Source of the DNA: Ramazzottius varieornatus
Taxonomy: Eukaryota > Animalia > Tardigrada
Length of the DNA stretch: 64,000 nucleotides
Assembly (NCBI GenBank): GCA_001949185.1
Contig: BDGG01000004.1
Coordinates: forward strand, 4,125,777-4,189,776
Direction of reading: 5' to 3'
Below the pieces are notes generated by a model that made no database searches, was not told the DNA's origin, and saw only the letters and a list, made by a program, of their open reading frames with translations. Positions 12,685-25,581 of the stretch are shown piece by piece. The translations under genes were made by a program, and so were the position numbers. Numbering within the stretch: position 1 is the stretch's first letter; the number at the start of each line of letters is the position of its first letter.

Positions 12685-15070
12685 TCATTCGCGTACGTCC
12701 CATTTATTTTGCTACTGTACAAACAAAGTAATCTGTGTGAAAAACCGTGCTGCTGAATTTTATCGGAACCTTTCCGAACTTTTTGTTTTGGTAGGGTGTA
12801 ATTTCAAGTTTTCCATTGATCCATGTTAGACAAAAAAGCAGGCAACTTAAATGCGGTTCGTTTTATCGCAAAATTAATTACTGGTGGTGTAAGAACATGC
12901 TCGATCAAGCGTCAGCGAGACACCCACGAGTCCGCGACGGAAGAGCTTGGTGGGGAGGAAGAGCGGGTACTACGCACACGATGACGCTGTTGGATTTGCA
13001 TTCCTGATTGAGTAAACCTCTTCGGAAAAGAAAGGGAAACAATCAAGTAGGCCAGCTTTCGTGTCGTATTGCATTATCTGCGTGAAGTAAGTTGAAGAAC
13101 CGCCGCTTGGTTCTTCACCATATGGCTCCTTTATATTTATCGCTCCACTCAGAAAGAACCAGCCGTAAACTTAATTTGCCGACACCTTCCCTTCGACTTG
13201 AAATCATGCCAGTTTTGTCCTAGAAAATCCTCGTGCTACACTAGATTCCCCTCCCTACAAGAAACGTTGATTTTGTGTGGCATAGGCACATAAGGCTTAA
13301 ATTGAGTTGCGCAGACCAGATCTGGGAGGGATCTTGACTTTTGACGTCCGCGGGTTAATTGAAGCCAGCTAAACCTTTGTACAAGTGTCCCCGCACCGAC
13401 CCTGTAAATATGCCAGCATATGGATGGATCGCTTTCACGTACGCATTCGCATCTCCGGCCCGTTGTACCTAGTACCTCGTTGCCGGTTAGGCCTAATGTA
13501 AAAATAAAACGGTACCAGACATCGGCTCATCCTGTCGTTTTGATTGCGCTCCTCCCTTTGCTTACTGGTTGCCTTCACTGATCAGGGATCGCGATCGCAG
13601 GGATAACCAGCTGCCTTTGTTTTCATTGCTGTGCAAGTGTCGCTAACGATGATGAACCTTCCAGGGACCTCAAAGTCCTCAATCCGTCTTCCTAGTTGGC
13701 TGCCTGCTTTACTAACTTCGCGCGGTAATTTGCCTGGCGTATCTCGGTTGGCATAAAATGTGCAATTTAGAGTTTATTTAGGGGAAGACCCGTTGTAATC
13801 AGTCTTGTATTCATTTCTTCCTGGATGAGCTTCTCGAAAGCAGTCGCTCATCCCGTTCTTATTCCATATGATCGACTGAAACTGTGATGTGATAAACTGT
13901 ATCTGTTTGCGGATTTTTCGGTCGTTGTTTGGAATTGCCGGTATGGTTATGGCAGAGGGAAGAACGAATTCGGGGCTGAACAGTCCGCGAAGTCCTTTCG
14001 AGTTTATTATCAACCACCTGTCGGCCACGGAGAAAAGCGTCGTCGACTGTTGCTCCGTTCTGCCCAATCGATTACGTTTGCGCAAGCTTCATGACTTTGT
14101 CAGCGTATTCCTTCAGCAAGGCTTTCAACATGATCAGTCCACAAGCGTTGAAGTGGACTTGTATCTCCGGGTAAGAGTCTGTCAGGATCTCTTCGCAGAA
14201 CCTCAAAAGAAGGAACCTAGCCTATGCAGTATTCTATAAATGGCCAATAAGACCGTAAAAGGAGGAAATAATATAAGGTTTTCTCTTATCAGATATAAAG
14301 TTATGAGAATCGTTCTTCAAAGGGGATACAATTTTTCGTCAAATTCGAAACGATCTTGCGAGGCTCTCGCGAAACTCGAGAGCCAGCAAATTTGTCCTTC
14401 CCGGATGTAAAGTACTTCAAACCAAAAATCAATCAAAAATCGATGGTCATACAAATATGGCCTTTGTTGGACTGTGTAAGTCATGTAATTGTCACACACA
14501 ATACGTAAGCATTTGTTTACGAATGCAGGACTTTGGAGTTTCCTGCCGATCCCATCCACTCGTTTGGAAGAATGACGCTCTTCTTTGTAATTTATTGATC
14601 TGCCGTGGGATCTCTCGTGCTTGTTGGACAGGGATGTTGTGCTTAGTGTGCAAGCAGTGGACAGGACCGACAGGAGGGTGCTTTTAGCCGACAGTATATG
14701 TGCGAGCATATTTCCGAGCGAAATAGGTTCTCAGCTCGCGCATGTTATCTCGGAAACTCATCCCGCTCCGATGTTAGGATTTTGAGCTTCTGATTGTTGG
14801 AGAAACAAAGTGAGCGAGTTTGACAGGAGCATGGAGGATTTTTACCGAACGGTGGGGCGATTAGGCTCGACGGCTTTGTCTGTCGACAGGCCGCTGCTGC
14901 AGGTAACTCATCTACCGTTACACTATACAGAACTTCTCCCTTCATGCTGTAAGGCTGCGGATGTGTTCCTGTGTATCTTGACGAGTCAGCAGACATTTCA
15001 GTGTGGTCCAACGGCAGTGCGAACGATTCGGGGATATTTATATAATTGATATTGTTTTGTCTACTCGCAG

Positions 15071-18000
15071 GTTGAAAATGTTCGACTATTGGAGCGCTTT
15101 TATCACTGGCAAAACCGAAATTTGAACGACTCATCCCTTCCCGCGGCTGGAACTCTGTATATGACGCCGACGCACCTTATCTTCGTTAATCCAGTGGAGA
15201 AGCGAGAATCATGGGTAAAGGAGATGGTGATACGCGTGTTTGGTTCAGTCTGACTACGGCCGGAAGTAGCTTATTAAAATGAACAATGTACTGCGTTGCG
15301 GCAACTAACTTCCTCTCGTTAATTAGATTCTTCTAGGACACATCGGTACGGTAGACCGAGCGTCAATCATCCCGTCTGGTTGTCCGCTGGTAGTGAGATG
15401 CAAGACATTTCTCTCCGTGACATTCTTGATTGCCAAGGACCGCGATTGTCACGAAGTCTATGCGGCGCTCCTCCGACTGTCCCAACCCAGTACGTGTTTG
15501 TTCCTTAATTAATATCATTAGAGCGCTGACACATCAAACACGATCAAACGACTAAATTGCTCATGCTTGTAGAAATCTGTTTTGAATTTATTGTTAATCA
15601 CGTTATTGTTTCTTATAGGCGTTTACGAGGAGCTCTATTGCTTCTCTCACAACCCCGGGGATGAAGCTTTCGACAAGACTTCCGGGTGGAACATGTTCGA
15701 CTTACAGACGGAATATCATCGACAAGGTGTTCCCAACCAGAACTGGAGCTTATCGAAGTTGAACCAAAATTATGAAGTATGAATTACCCCTCCGCGCTAA
15801 GTTGAGAATTTAGTTGCACTTCCGACTAGGTCGAAAACTAATTGATGCTCTGAGATTGACACTGGCTGTTTTCCCAGATCTGTGATTCCTATCCGCACAA
15901 CCTGTATGTGCCTTCTGTCGCATCGCAGAAGATACTACTAGGGAGTGCTGGCTTTCGCAGTCGGGGTCGACTTCCGGTCCTTACGTACCTCCACCCAAAG
16001 ACCAAAGCGGCCATTTGCCGGAGTTCCCAGCCTCTCAGTGGTTTCAAAGGTAGAGATTTGCGTAATGTTGCATGTTCCTCGTGATAAACTGCGAGTCCTG
16101 TCGACGTTTTGGCTGTCTTCAGCACGATGTGAAGAAGACGAACAGATGTTAGTCTGTATATTGAAGGCGACCCCCTCGTCAAAAACTGTCTATATCGTGG
16201 ATACCCGACCAAAGGTAGTTACCATTACTCCCTGACGAACTCACTTTATCCAGTTGTTGTAAACTGAATCCTTGTCTAATCGGATTGTATTCCAGATAAA
16301 CGCTATGGCGAACCGAGCAACTGGGAAAGGATACGAGACAGAACAAAACTACGTGGGCATGAAGGTCCACTTTTTCACCATTGAGAATATCCACGTCATG
16401 CGCGGATCTTTGGGGAAGCTTGGAGAAGGTGCGCGAACACCACGTCAGACTGATTTCGGAACAAAGCTAGATTGACGAAGTTGGGTTTTTAGTATGCGAT
16501 CTCAAAGCGGGTGTCGAGGATTTGAATGTTCCATCTCATTCGATCTTCCTCGACGGTCTACAAAACACAAGCTGGCTGAAGCACATCAGAGCGATACTGG
16601 AAGCTTCCGTGTTCGTGGCCGATGTAAGCTGCAAACTGCTGACTCTCCAAGAACCTGTTTACTGATGAACAACCTTTTTTCCAGAAAATATGCGAGGGTT
16701 CCAGTGTCCTAGTTCACTGTTCCGATGGTTGGGATCGGACGTCACAGACTTGCGCACTGGCGTGCCTCTTGTTAGATCCATATTATCGAACGTTACATGG
16801 CTTCATGGTAAGCAACGCTCTAACATCCCATATCTTGGCTCCAGCTTTTCATTATCATTTAATGATTACATTGTTTCTTGGATTAGGCTCTGATAGAGAA
16901 GGACTGGTTGGCCTTTGGCCACAAGTTTTCGGAACGGGCTGGTCACCTCCGGCCTTTTCAGACCGCCAGTGGGAACAGCCCAGCTCTCACGCCCTCTTCC
17001 GCTGTCAACGCTGTCGTTAGTGACTTTGCCAAAGAACAAAGTCCTGTCTTTCTGCAGTTCCTGGATTGTGTATGGCAGCTGCTGGTTCAGAAGCCCCACC
17101 TGTTCCAATTCAACGAGCGCTTCCTGCTGACACTGCATGATCATCTACACAGTTGTCAGTTTGGAACCTTCATCGGCAACAACGAGAAAGAACGCAAGGA
17201 AATGAGGTTTGACACTCATCATCGCAGCCGTTATAATGTAGTGTATCCTTCTCTCAATCTTTATTAGTTCGTCTAAATGTTAGGTTGTCAGAACAAACTT
17301 ATTCCTTGTGGGAGTTTATGAAGCGGCGCCTCACCGAGTACGTCAATCCACTGTACGACACGGATAAGTCTCGACAAACACCTGTCATGCAGCCGGATTT
17401 GTCTCCGCAAAACATTCGGTAAGCGCAAGTGACATTCTCATGTTCCTGTCTAATCTTCCTGTTGGCAGGTTATGGGTGATGATGTACAACAGGTTCGAGG
17501 AAGGTATTCATCCTCGCGAACCTTTATCTACCTCGTTGCAAGTGCTGAAGGATCATTCTACTGCCATGGATGATCACGTCGTACTGCTAGAAAGGGTATC
17601 TATCATACTTCGTCAGTAATCTATGGGCCATGTGACATAATGCCATAGCACGAGCACCGCAGGTAGATTATCAGGCCGAGCGAAGCGAGGCCCTTTTAAG
17701 TCTGTCGAGATTTCAATGGACGATCAGATTCTTCGAGCTTTCAGATATCGCAAACACAGTACTAGAAAAAGACACGCCACTTGATCGGGGCGATTAAAAA
17801 TTTTACTGGGGAACCGTACTGTGAGTCACAAGTAAAAGTGCTCGCTCTACAATGGTTTGCCTCCTTTGCTCGGCCTTTCCAGTGGTCAGAACCACTAGCT
17901 AGTTAGTATTCGTGATGTTGTGTGTTATTGCAGAGAATTCAGCTGCTAAAAGAAGTTTACAAGCAGAATGCCTTACGTGCTGTAGCCACTCCGACTTTCG

Positions 18001-18408
18001 ACATGAACGGGATAGGCACACGAGGAAGTTTCGAGAGCAACGAATCGGTGCCGGAGCTCACGAAAGCTCCTGTGATAGTAGATTCGGTAGCCGTGGACTG
18101 GAAGGCGACGCGTGATGTTGCCTTTTGTGTTTGCTCAACTCCTTTTTCTCAGTTTAGCATAAAGGTAAGATACCATCCCCCCCACCGGCTCTCCAAGAAA
18201 CTAATTAACTTTTGCCTTTTAGTACCATTGTTGGAGATGTGGCGATGTTGTCTGCCGACGATGTACAGAGAACCACGCGGCGTTAGAGGGACTGTTTTCC
18301 AAGAAGCCAGTCCCGGTCTGTCAACAGTGCAACGATTCTATACGCTCAACCAACAAGAAGAAGGCTGTTGTTATACAAAAAATTCAATCGGGTCAACCAT
18401 ATGCCTAA
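15071..18408 (+). CDS. MTMR6: Myotubularin-related protein, MTMR6/7/8 class (PH-GRAM, PTP, coiled coil, C-terminal FYVE); first coding exon lies upstream
   Basis: [48 protein letters not shown]|[14 protein letters not shown], intact catalytic [20 protein letters not shown], and [23 protein letters not shown]. Confidence 0.93.
17668..17903 (+). mobile_element. Helentron/Helitron2-like non-autonomous element (HINE/DINE-type) in an MTMR intron
   Basis: Starts TTATCAGGCCGAGCGAAGCGAGGC. Asymmetric subterminal inverted repeat (17673-17691 vs 17859-17876), a 3' hairpin AGTGGT-caga-ACCACT (17881-17896) and a CTAGT end. Confidence 0.65.
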
Positions 18409-18899
18409 GTGAACAACGGGTGCCTTATCCACACTGTGATCTTTTATATTAGTGTTTTTAGAATCGATGTTTTCCGTTTTACTATACTCGCTCTTGGTTC
18501 TGGTTTAAACTTCCCTTCTCGATCTCGGGCTTTGGAATGTTGTGTGCAAGACTCTTCACCCGGTGCTGCGAAGTATCGTACAGTATCCAGTTGGAACGAT
18601 TGCGAACCCGAACGACACGTGATGGACTTGAAAATAGGATTAGTTTTATCGATATTGCAACAACAAGCGATGTTGCAGTAATCTATAAATACAAAGCTGT
18701 TAGAAAATAGAAAAGCAATGTCGCGTTACTGTACCTGAAACAACGGATTCATTCGACAAATAAAAACAACAGTTTTCCGTGGTGCAAATTCATCGTTCAC
18801 CGTATACGGAGCATTTTGAGCCACTAGACGACGAGCTATAGCGACATTAGGAAACGTCCAATTACCGAACGAAAAATCCCAGGAGGAGACTTCGTGCGT

Positions 18900-21142
18900 C
18901 TACGGTTTCTCGTGCAGGAATGTACAGTTCACTCCTTTATGACAATGTCCATTCAAAAAGAATCTACAGGGCACCACCGGTATTCCAACATATCGACGAG
19001 GCGCTGGATTCTGAGCTCCGCCGGAGCCCCCGCGGCTCCCTGCACGAGGTGCAGGCGGTCGATTATGGCCGTAGTTCGAGCTACGAGCCCCAGAGTCCTG
19101 ATCGCGTGCTGCAGGTCCGCGGTCCGAGGAAACAGAACTGTTATGCCGATGGGCGTTGTCCGAACCGTTGCTGAAAGAGCGAGACAATGCCGAAGCACCT
19201 GAAATCATAAAATCCCGTCAGACAACTAAAGATAACGGCAATAACATGAGCCATATCCCAAGAAAAACTAGAAAAATGGGCACTACGATCGCATAAGCTA
19301 TTTTTGATACTGGTAAAAACATAAATTTCTGTGCGTACGTTCGTATCATTGCCCAGACTTCGTAACCACGGGAGTCATGGAGCACGATACACAGCAGTGA
19401 AAGACCTACCCTGTGTTTGATACGACGAAGGACCCACTCCTTGTGCGTAGTTAGTACCCGGAGAAGGAAAGGCAGGTGACTCACGAATTAATGTTCCAGC
19501 AGTTTGAGAAGGACCAGCGGTCGATATATTCTGGCTTCCAGAACTTTGTGCGAGGCTACCACCACCAGCAGCAGCTTTCAAAGCATTAGCCTGTCTCAGA
19601 GCAGAAATAATCTGTTCCCGCATACTATCATCCCCATTCCCATCTGCATTAGCACTTTTATTCTGAGCAACACTAGGCATCTTATACGGTTCTCGTTCTG
19701 TTTGTGGACCAAAAGAAGAAACGTCTTTGGAAGTTAACACGGTCGGAAGTGGCTGGGGTGTAATTGGTGCGGCCATCGGCACAGCTGGCGTTGGTGGACT
19801 AACTACTTCCGGTAAGGGACCGTTAGCAGTCAGAATGTTCAGCGTGGCCGCGGCCTGTGATGGAGTCGGAAGAGTCACGGGCACCACCTTCATGTCGAAA
19901 CTGGCTAGTTTCACCAGGGTTCCTTCCGACTCTTCCGGACTGTCCGGAGCACTGCAACAAAAACAAAGCCAAGGTTAACAAGAATACTCATCCGTACAGA
20001 AAATCGTGAGAATCACCGCATTACTGATCAGTTTCCTCCGTCAATAGGGTACAAGCTTAAGTACTGATTTTCGGCCAGTGTGTGGTACGTACTTTTCTCG
20101 GTTCAGTTGGAGGACCGAAAGGGATCCCGACGATCTGATGGAGATTTCGCGCGCAGACTCTGCTAAGATTCGTATCTTTTCTATACTGTCTCTGCCGCGC
20201 GGATTGACGGGGGGAGGCGGAAGACCCAACGTTACTGGAGGAATGAACCAGGTGTTCTCGTCGACGGTGTTGACGTGATGGCTGATCTCCTCGTCCACGG
20301 CGAGCTGTAGACTCTGTCGCTCGAACTGAGCTTCGGACTTTTTGAGATCCATCCCTTCTGTTGCGTTAGGCTGCTGAGCCATATGCATTGTCCGGTAGAC
20401 ATTTTCTGAAAGAACAAAAATCAGCCTCACTTCGTCATTCTTTTGATAAGGCGAGAACTTCCTGATCGACAAGGAAGTCGCACAGTACGTACCTCGTTCG
20501 TTTTCCACACTTTCGAAGATCCTGACTTTCACTAGTTTTGGCTCACTAACGAAACGGACCTTCTTCTTGGGAGGCTCGGCTGAAGTCGTCAATAAACTGG
20601 ATTTTTTCCTCCGATGATCGTATATGCAGGTAAAAAGTCCTTGCGGATTTCTTTTCCGTTCAGCTACAACAAAACAGAAATCACTTTTGGCCGTCGTTAA
20701 TCAATCAATAGATCAAACGGAAAAACACAATTTCAGACTCACCAGACCAGTTGACTCGCGATAACTCGTCCTCCTCCTTTTGATCGTCCTTCAAATCTTC
20801 ATCGTTGCCGGAGCTGAGAAATGCGGTGTTAGACTGGGACGAGAGTGTATCCGGAACGGTAGTATCGTCACGGTAGAATGGGAAAGCAGAGTCGGAAACG
20901 CGTCTCCTCTTAAGGCCAGCGTCTACCTCGTCTTGGACGAGTCTCTTGCCTTGGAAAGCCTCTGAAGTATTTGTCATACCATGAGAACCTTCATTAGATG
21001 CAGACAAGGTGTCTGCCCTGTATGTTTCCATTTTGGTTTGTCTTGTGTGTAATGAGTTTCGAAAGAGTAAGGGCGCCGAACATTCAGTCATCACTCCAGA
21101 CTCTGGTAACTCATAAATCACAAACTGCCTGCTGGACAGCAC
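18900..21142 (-). CDS. PPP1R10: PNUTS/PPP1R10-like PP1 regulatory subunit (RVxF motif plus C-terminal CCCH zinc finger), multi-exon; start uncertain
   Basis: PPKKKVRFVSEPKLVKVRIFES..ER is a PP1-docking RVxF in a PNUTS-like context. It is followed by a Pro-rich middle, a Gly/Arg-rich segment and the terminal CRFFLNGHCHKGVNCTFLH. Confidence 0.7.
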
Positions 21143-22669
21143 AAGCTATGATGGTAAGAAGGAGAACTCAATCGTTCCTGGTCCCTAACACATGAACAGG
21201 ACCTTGCCCTATACAGTATCTGGCTCCAAAGAAGCAGAAGGGATCAGTCGCGAAGAACTCAGAAAATTACTGAATACTGACTGCGTTGAAAATCTAGGTT
21301 CCTGAGAGAAAACCAAGGTCAAACGATTGAGCACGTGGACGTTGCGAAAATCTATACGCTGCGGCTCGGCTCGGTACAATAATCGGATCGAGGAATCGTG
21401 CAAGATTCCATGGTCGAAATCATCTGAGCAGAAGCCTCTGAATGACGCAGCGCACGCGCATCCGCACGCTATTACGAGCGTCGAGTTTAAAATTCGTAAA
21501 TTTTTGAGACAGTATCTGAGCCCTTGCCTGGTCATCCCGGGGGTAAGCTTGTTATTCTGGCGAACAAAGGGGTTTTTTCCCTCCGAACTCAACATTTCTG
21601 TTTATTCGGTTCATCCTTCCTTTATTGCGAAGAACGATCTCTCATGGACTCTTTTCGCAACACGATCCAGAGCTGACAACTTTATTCTACCCGGAGGGGG
21701 CACACGCCATCTTGCGGATGGCGTCTTCTTGCGGAACAGCGAAAGCGCACTGTGGATATTTGGGTGGACTGATGAAGAAGGAAGATATTTGATAAAAGGT
21801 ACAGGAAGATGTCGGCAAAACTTCAAGGTGTCGGATTAACTGTAACCCTTTCAGCTACGGGGACCTTCCCTTCGCAGGCGTGTGACGCAGACGTACAGCT
21901 GACATACGGACTTCAGAATAAACGAGGCTCAGAACGATCGCAATGCTGTTCTAGCGCATCCGTACTGCATGTGCATGATGCGCAGCGCACGAATTTTAAT
22001 AAATAAATATTTATTTGGAGTGTTTCGACCTGTACACCAGGTTGCACTCGGGTGAACGATTCCAACCGCCAAGCATCTGTTAATGCATCTATTTTTAAAA
22101 GGTTACGTTTCACGTAAAAGTTCGGTCGGCTCGAGCGCTGACCGGTCTCTGGAACTGCTTCTTGGTAACTCAGCGCTACCCTGGGCCGAGACCAGATTTT
22201 TCATGGAGGAATTTACTTATTCCCGGCGCACCGAGGGTTCCCCAACTTCGTTACTTCGGGTAATGCTAACGCTGGACTTTCGCAATTGTTTCGGAATTCG
22301 AGTGCTTAGTCCTTATTTTCCGTTTTCCAGGAAAACTACGGGGTCTCTGGCCTTGGGATCGCCTTTCTGCTTCGTAAAGTTGTCCTTGCTGTTCGGAAAG
22401 ACTGTTGCGAAGCTTTAAAACCAGGAGAAACGGTTCGGTCGAAAGCTGGTGTCGCGCTGCCTGGAGTTGATTTTCGGATGGATGTCGACGTGGAGGTTGG
22501 ACCAGGACAAGTACCTCAGTACACGTGGATGCTGAAGATCTCTTAGGTCTTCTCCCAGAGCTGTTCTGGGAAGATTAGTGAGCGAACGCCGGGCGTTTGA
22601 TGCCGAACTCCTGGACGGGAAGGATAAAGTCCGATCACGCGGAACTCCGGATTTAACAAGGTATAATAT

Positions 22670-22906
22670 GGGCTCTGGGCACTCAGTGGGCAGAGCTCCT
22701 CAGAAGTCTGGGGTCACGGCGTAGAGACATAATCGATGAAATTCAGCCAAGGGCCAGGGTAGCTCAAGGGTAGGGGCCAGGGCTTGCCATGTGGAGGCCA
22801 AGAAATTTCACGAAAAACCTGAAATCCTCCCTTGCCCTTGTTAAATTTCATCAGCTGTGCCTCTACCCCATGACCCCAGACTTCTGAGGAACCTTGCCCA
22901 CAGCCC
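22670..22906. mobile_element. MITE, about 237 bp, with long imperfect terminal inverted repeats
   Basis: The left arm (GGGCTCTGGGCA..CTCCTCAGAAGTCTGGGGTCACGGCGTAGAGAC..GATGAAATT..CAAGGGC) is the reverse complement of the right arm over about 80-90 bp. ATAT flanks both sides. Confidence 0.8.
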
Positions 22907-23155
22907 ATATGTCACGGGAAGGTGTATGATACAGTAATATTTACTGTGACTTCCGGTCCGGCATCGGATTAGAGCTCGGAAATTTTCTTATGGATTTTTG
23001 AGTGTCGTACCGCTGCCAAATTATTGTCAGGAAATTCTTTACCTTTTGACAAGTGCGAGTTGCTTGAGCGGAAGGTGACTGAGTTTTCTTACACGATTTT
23101 ATCTCAGTTCCAGACTTGGGCGGCCTGCTGACTTCCGCCGAAGTTTCGCCTAACA

Positions 23156-23986
23156 ATGTCGATGACGCTGGATATCAGGCCGTCGTGCCTCTGCACAGAA
23201 AGGCTGACTGCAGCAGCTAAACGATGGAGGTTCCTGAAACGAATCCGTCAGTTCGATCAAATGGACTTCCAGTTTGCTTTGTGGCAGGTACGAATCTCGA
23301 AAACTAATCTCCTCTTTGATCCCGCAACGAAGTGGTCAATGTTGCACTGAAACAAGTTTTTTTTGCAGATGGTTAATCTGGTGGTCGCTCCAAGGAAAGT
23401 CTACCGGAACTTTGTCACGAGGAAGCAGTCAAAGGATCAGTTTGCGCGAGACGACCCCGCGTTTCTCGTGCTACTCAGCGCATTCCTCTGTCTTTCCTCA
23501 GCATTGATAACGGTAGTCCTTCGGCTGGGCTTCGTGGGCTTCATAAAGTTTCTTCTGTGGTCTGTCTTCGTGGACTGCATCGGAGCAGGCATGATAACGG
23601 CCACAGTCATGTGGGCCGTGACCAATGCCTTTTTCCGAGCGGATAGGCAGCACGATGTGGAATGGGGCTACTCATTCGACATCCACTTGAACGCTTCTTT
23701 CGCTTTCCTGGTTTTCATCCACATCATACAGCCGATTTTATACTATCCTTTGCTGAGTTTACAAGGCTTTGTTGGTAGCTTTTTCGCTTGTACGCTGTAC
23801 TTAGTGGCGTGTTCCTACTACTTGTACATTACGTTTTTGGGATACTCATCAGTCCCGTTTCTAAAAGGAACCCGAAAACTGCTGTACCTTTTCCCTTTCT
23901 TACTGTTGCTATATTGCGTTACTGTAGGTGTCGGTTGGAATGTATCCCGTGCTGTGATGAATTTTTATCATTACAGAGTCATGTGA
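23156..23986 (+). CDS. UNC50: UNC-50 / GMH1 Golgi membrane protein, 2 exons (intron about 23288-23369)
   Basis: QMDFQFALWQ|MVNL, KQSKDQFARDDPAF, DVEWGYSFDIHLNA, YITFLGY and a C-terminal FYHYRV. Confidence 0.96.
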
Positions 23987-24090
23987 ATCGAGGTACAACT
24001 TTTCATACAGCCATCATCTGTGATATTAAAGATTTGATCTGTACATTCGATTCCTTCCGAATACTTGACAGAACCGTGAAACCAAAAGCC

Positions 24091-25193
24091 CTATGAATAT
24101 ACAGGCGTGTCGAGAAGATTATCCGTGAAGTTTTCTGCTAGTGCTGCGCCAGAAACTTCTTCGTCTGCGCTCTGCGCATTGTCAGAAAACGTTGTACACT
24201 CAGAGTGAGCTTGCATGAAAACTGAAGTTGTGGAAGTTCCGAATTTAACATTGATCTCGAACAGGTCTAACACTTTAGGGACTTTCTGAATGGTCATTCG
24301 GATTGTGGGGACCTTGGACCAGGTCTTCCCCATGAAGTCTGACCGGTTATTTCTCCAAGTGCCCCAGCTAGGTGGCTGAGCTCTACCACTTCCGCCGTCC
24401 TTGTTTGCCCAGTAAGCGCCCTGCTCCCGAAAGAGAATTTGTCGTGTAACGATGAACGGGATGCCGGACTGTCTGGAAATTCTCGATATCACCGCCGCCA
24501 GCTTCAGAAAAAACTGATTGTGGTTCGGCGGAGACGCAGGAGACTGATGGCGAGCGAGCCAGTAGAACGCCGTGATGTTGTCCATGCATATCAAGGCAGT
24601 TCTTTCCCCTCTGTTCAAACTCTGTTCGAGACGATAAAGTTCTACGAACAACAGAGCTACAACAAAAAGATTGTAAAGTGCATGAGTATTCAGTTTACGT
24701 GGGCGTGTTTCGATTGCCTCGGCATGGAGAACCCACCTGTTGAATACGCTCTTTTTATTTTGAGCCGTGAAAGACTTTGAAACAAGACCTTTTCGATCGA
24801 GCTGGGATTTTGAGTTTTCTCTCGGATTCGAAACTGTAGTAGGTTGCCCAGCCGATGGATATTCATCTGGTTAAGGATATCAAAGAAAACCACTTCGGCG
24901 CCACATCCTCCGAACTCCACGTCCAGGATACATCGGGTAACGATCTCGAGTAACAGGATGCTCTTTCCGGAACCGAAACGGCCGTTGATCTCGAGTATCC
25001 CGTTCTTCCCGAAAGTACCGTCGGTGAAAAGTAGCGGAATGATCCGCGAGACGTCAGCTCTTTGACTAAGACCGACGAAGAGCTAAGAAGAACAATTAGA
25101 TCAAGGTACAATGGTGGACGGCGGAGCGAAGGATCAATGCAATTCGATAACTACCTCTACTCCAGATTCCTCGTCCCTTTTGTCGGCAAACAT
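24091..25193 (-). CDS. XRCC2: XRCC2, RAD51 paralogue, 3 exons
   Basis: N-terminal ESGVE|LF, Walker A EINGRFGSGKS followed by TRCILDVEFGGCGAEVVFFD, and Walker-B region LICMDNITAFYW. These match XRCC2 (ESGTEL, RCILP..GG, LDSLSAFYW). Confidence 0.88.
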
Positions 25194-25581
25194 TAGGAGG
25201 CTGCGGTGGACTCGTGAAGTCTCTCCTTGTAGAGGCGGTGGAAGCGGCTGGTTCCAGAAATTTGGAGATGGGCAGGAAAGCCTCTTAAGTCTTAAAGATG
25301 AGTTTGTTTGTGTTTTTACGACTTCCGTCTTCCGCTCAAATTTCAGCTTCCGGTGACCTCCAGCTCCGGTGGCCGAATTCCCGAACAGTACAGTAACGGT
25401 TGATTCATAAATGGCTTGATTGTACCACGGACAACTACCAAGGCTGATCGACTGATTGACGTTTATTCGTTCTGGTAGAAAAGGACAGTAAAAACCCCTG
25501 GAAATCTTTTCGCAATCAGGTTCTGATTTTCAATTTGCTCGTGTTTGAGTCCTTTTCACCTTTTTTTCGAGTCTGAAATAA

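Noticed and set aside
21209-21839. ORFs of 128-170 aa on both strands upstream of the PNUTS coding region, with KYLPSSSVHP faintly Penelope-like
   Set aside because: There are no RT or endonuclease motifs, the minus frame is interrupted by stops, and the region looks intronic or UTR.
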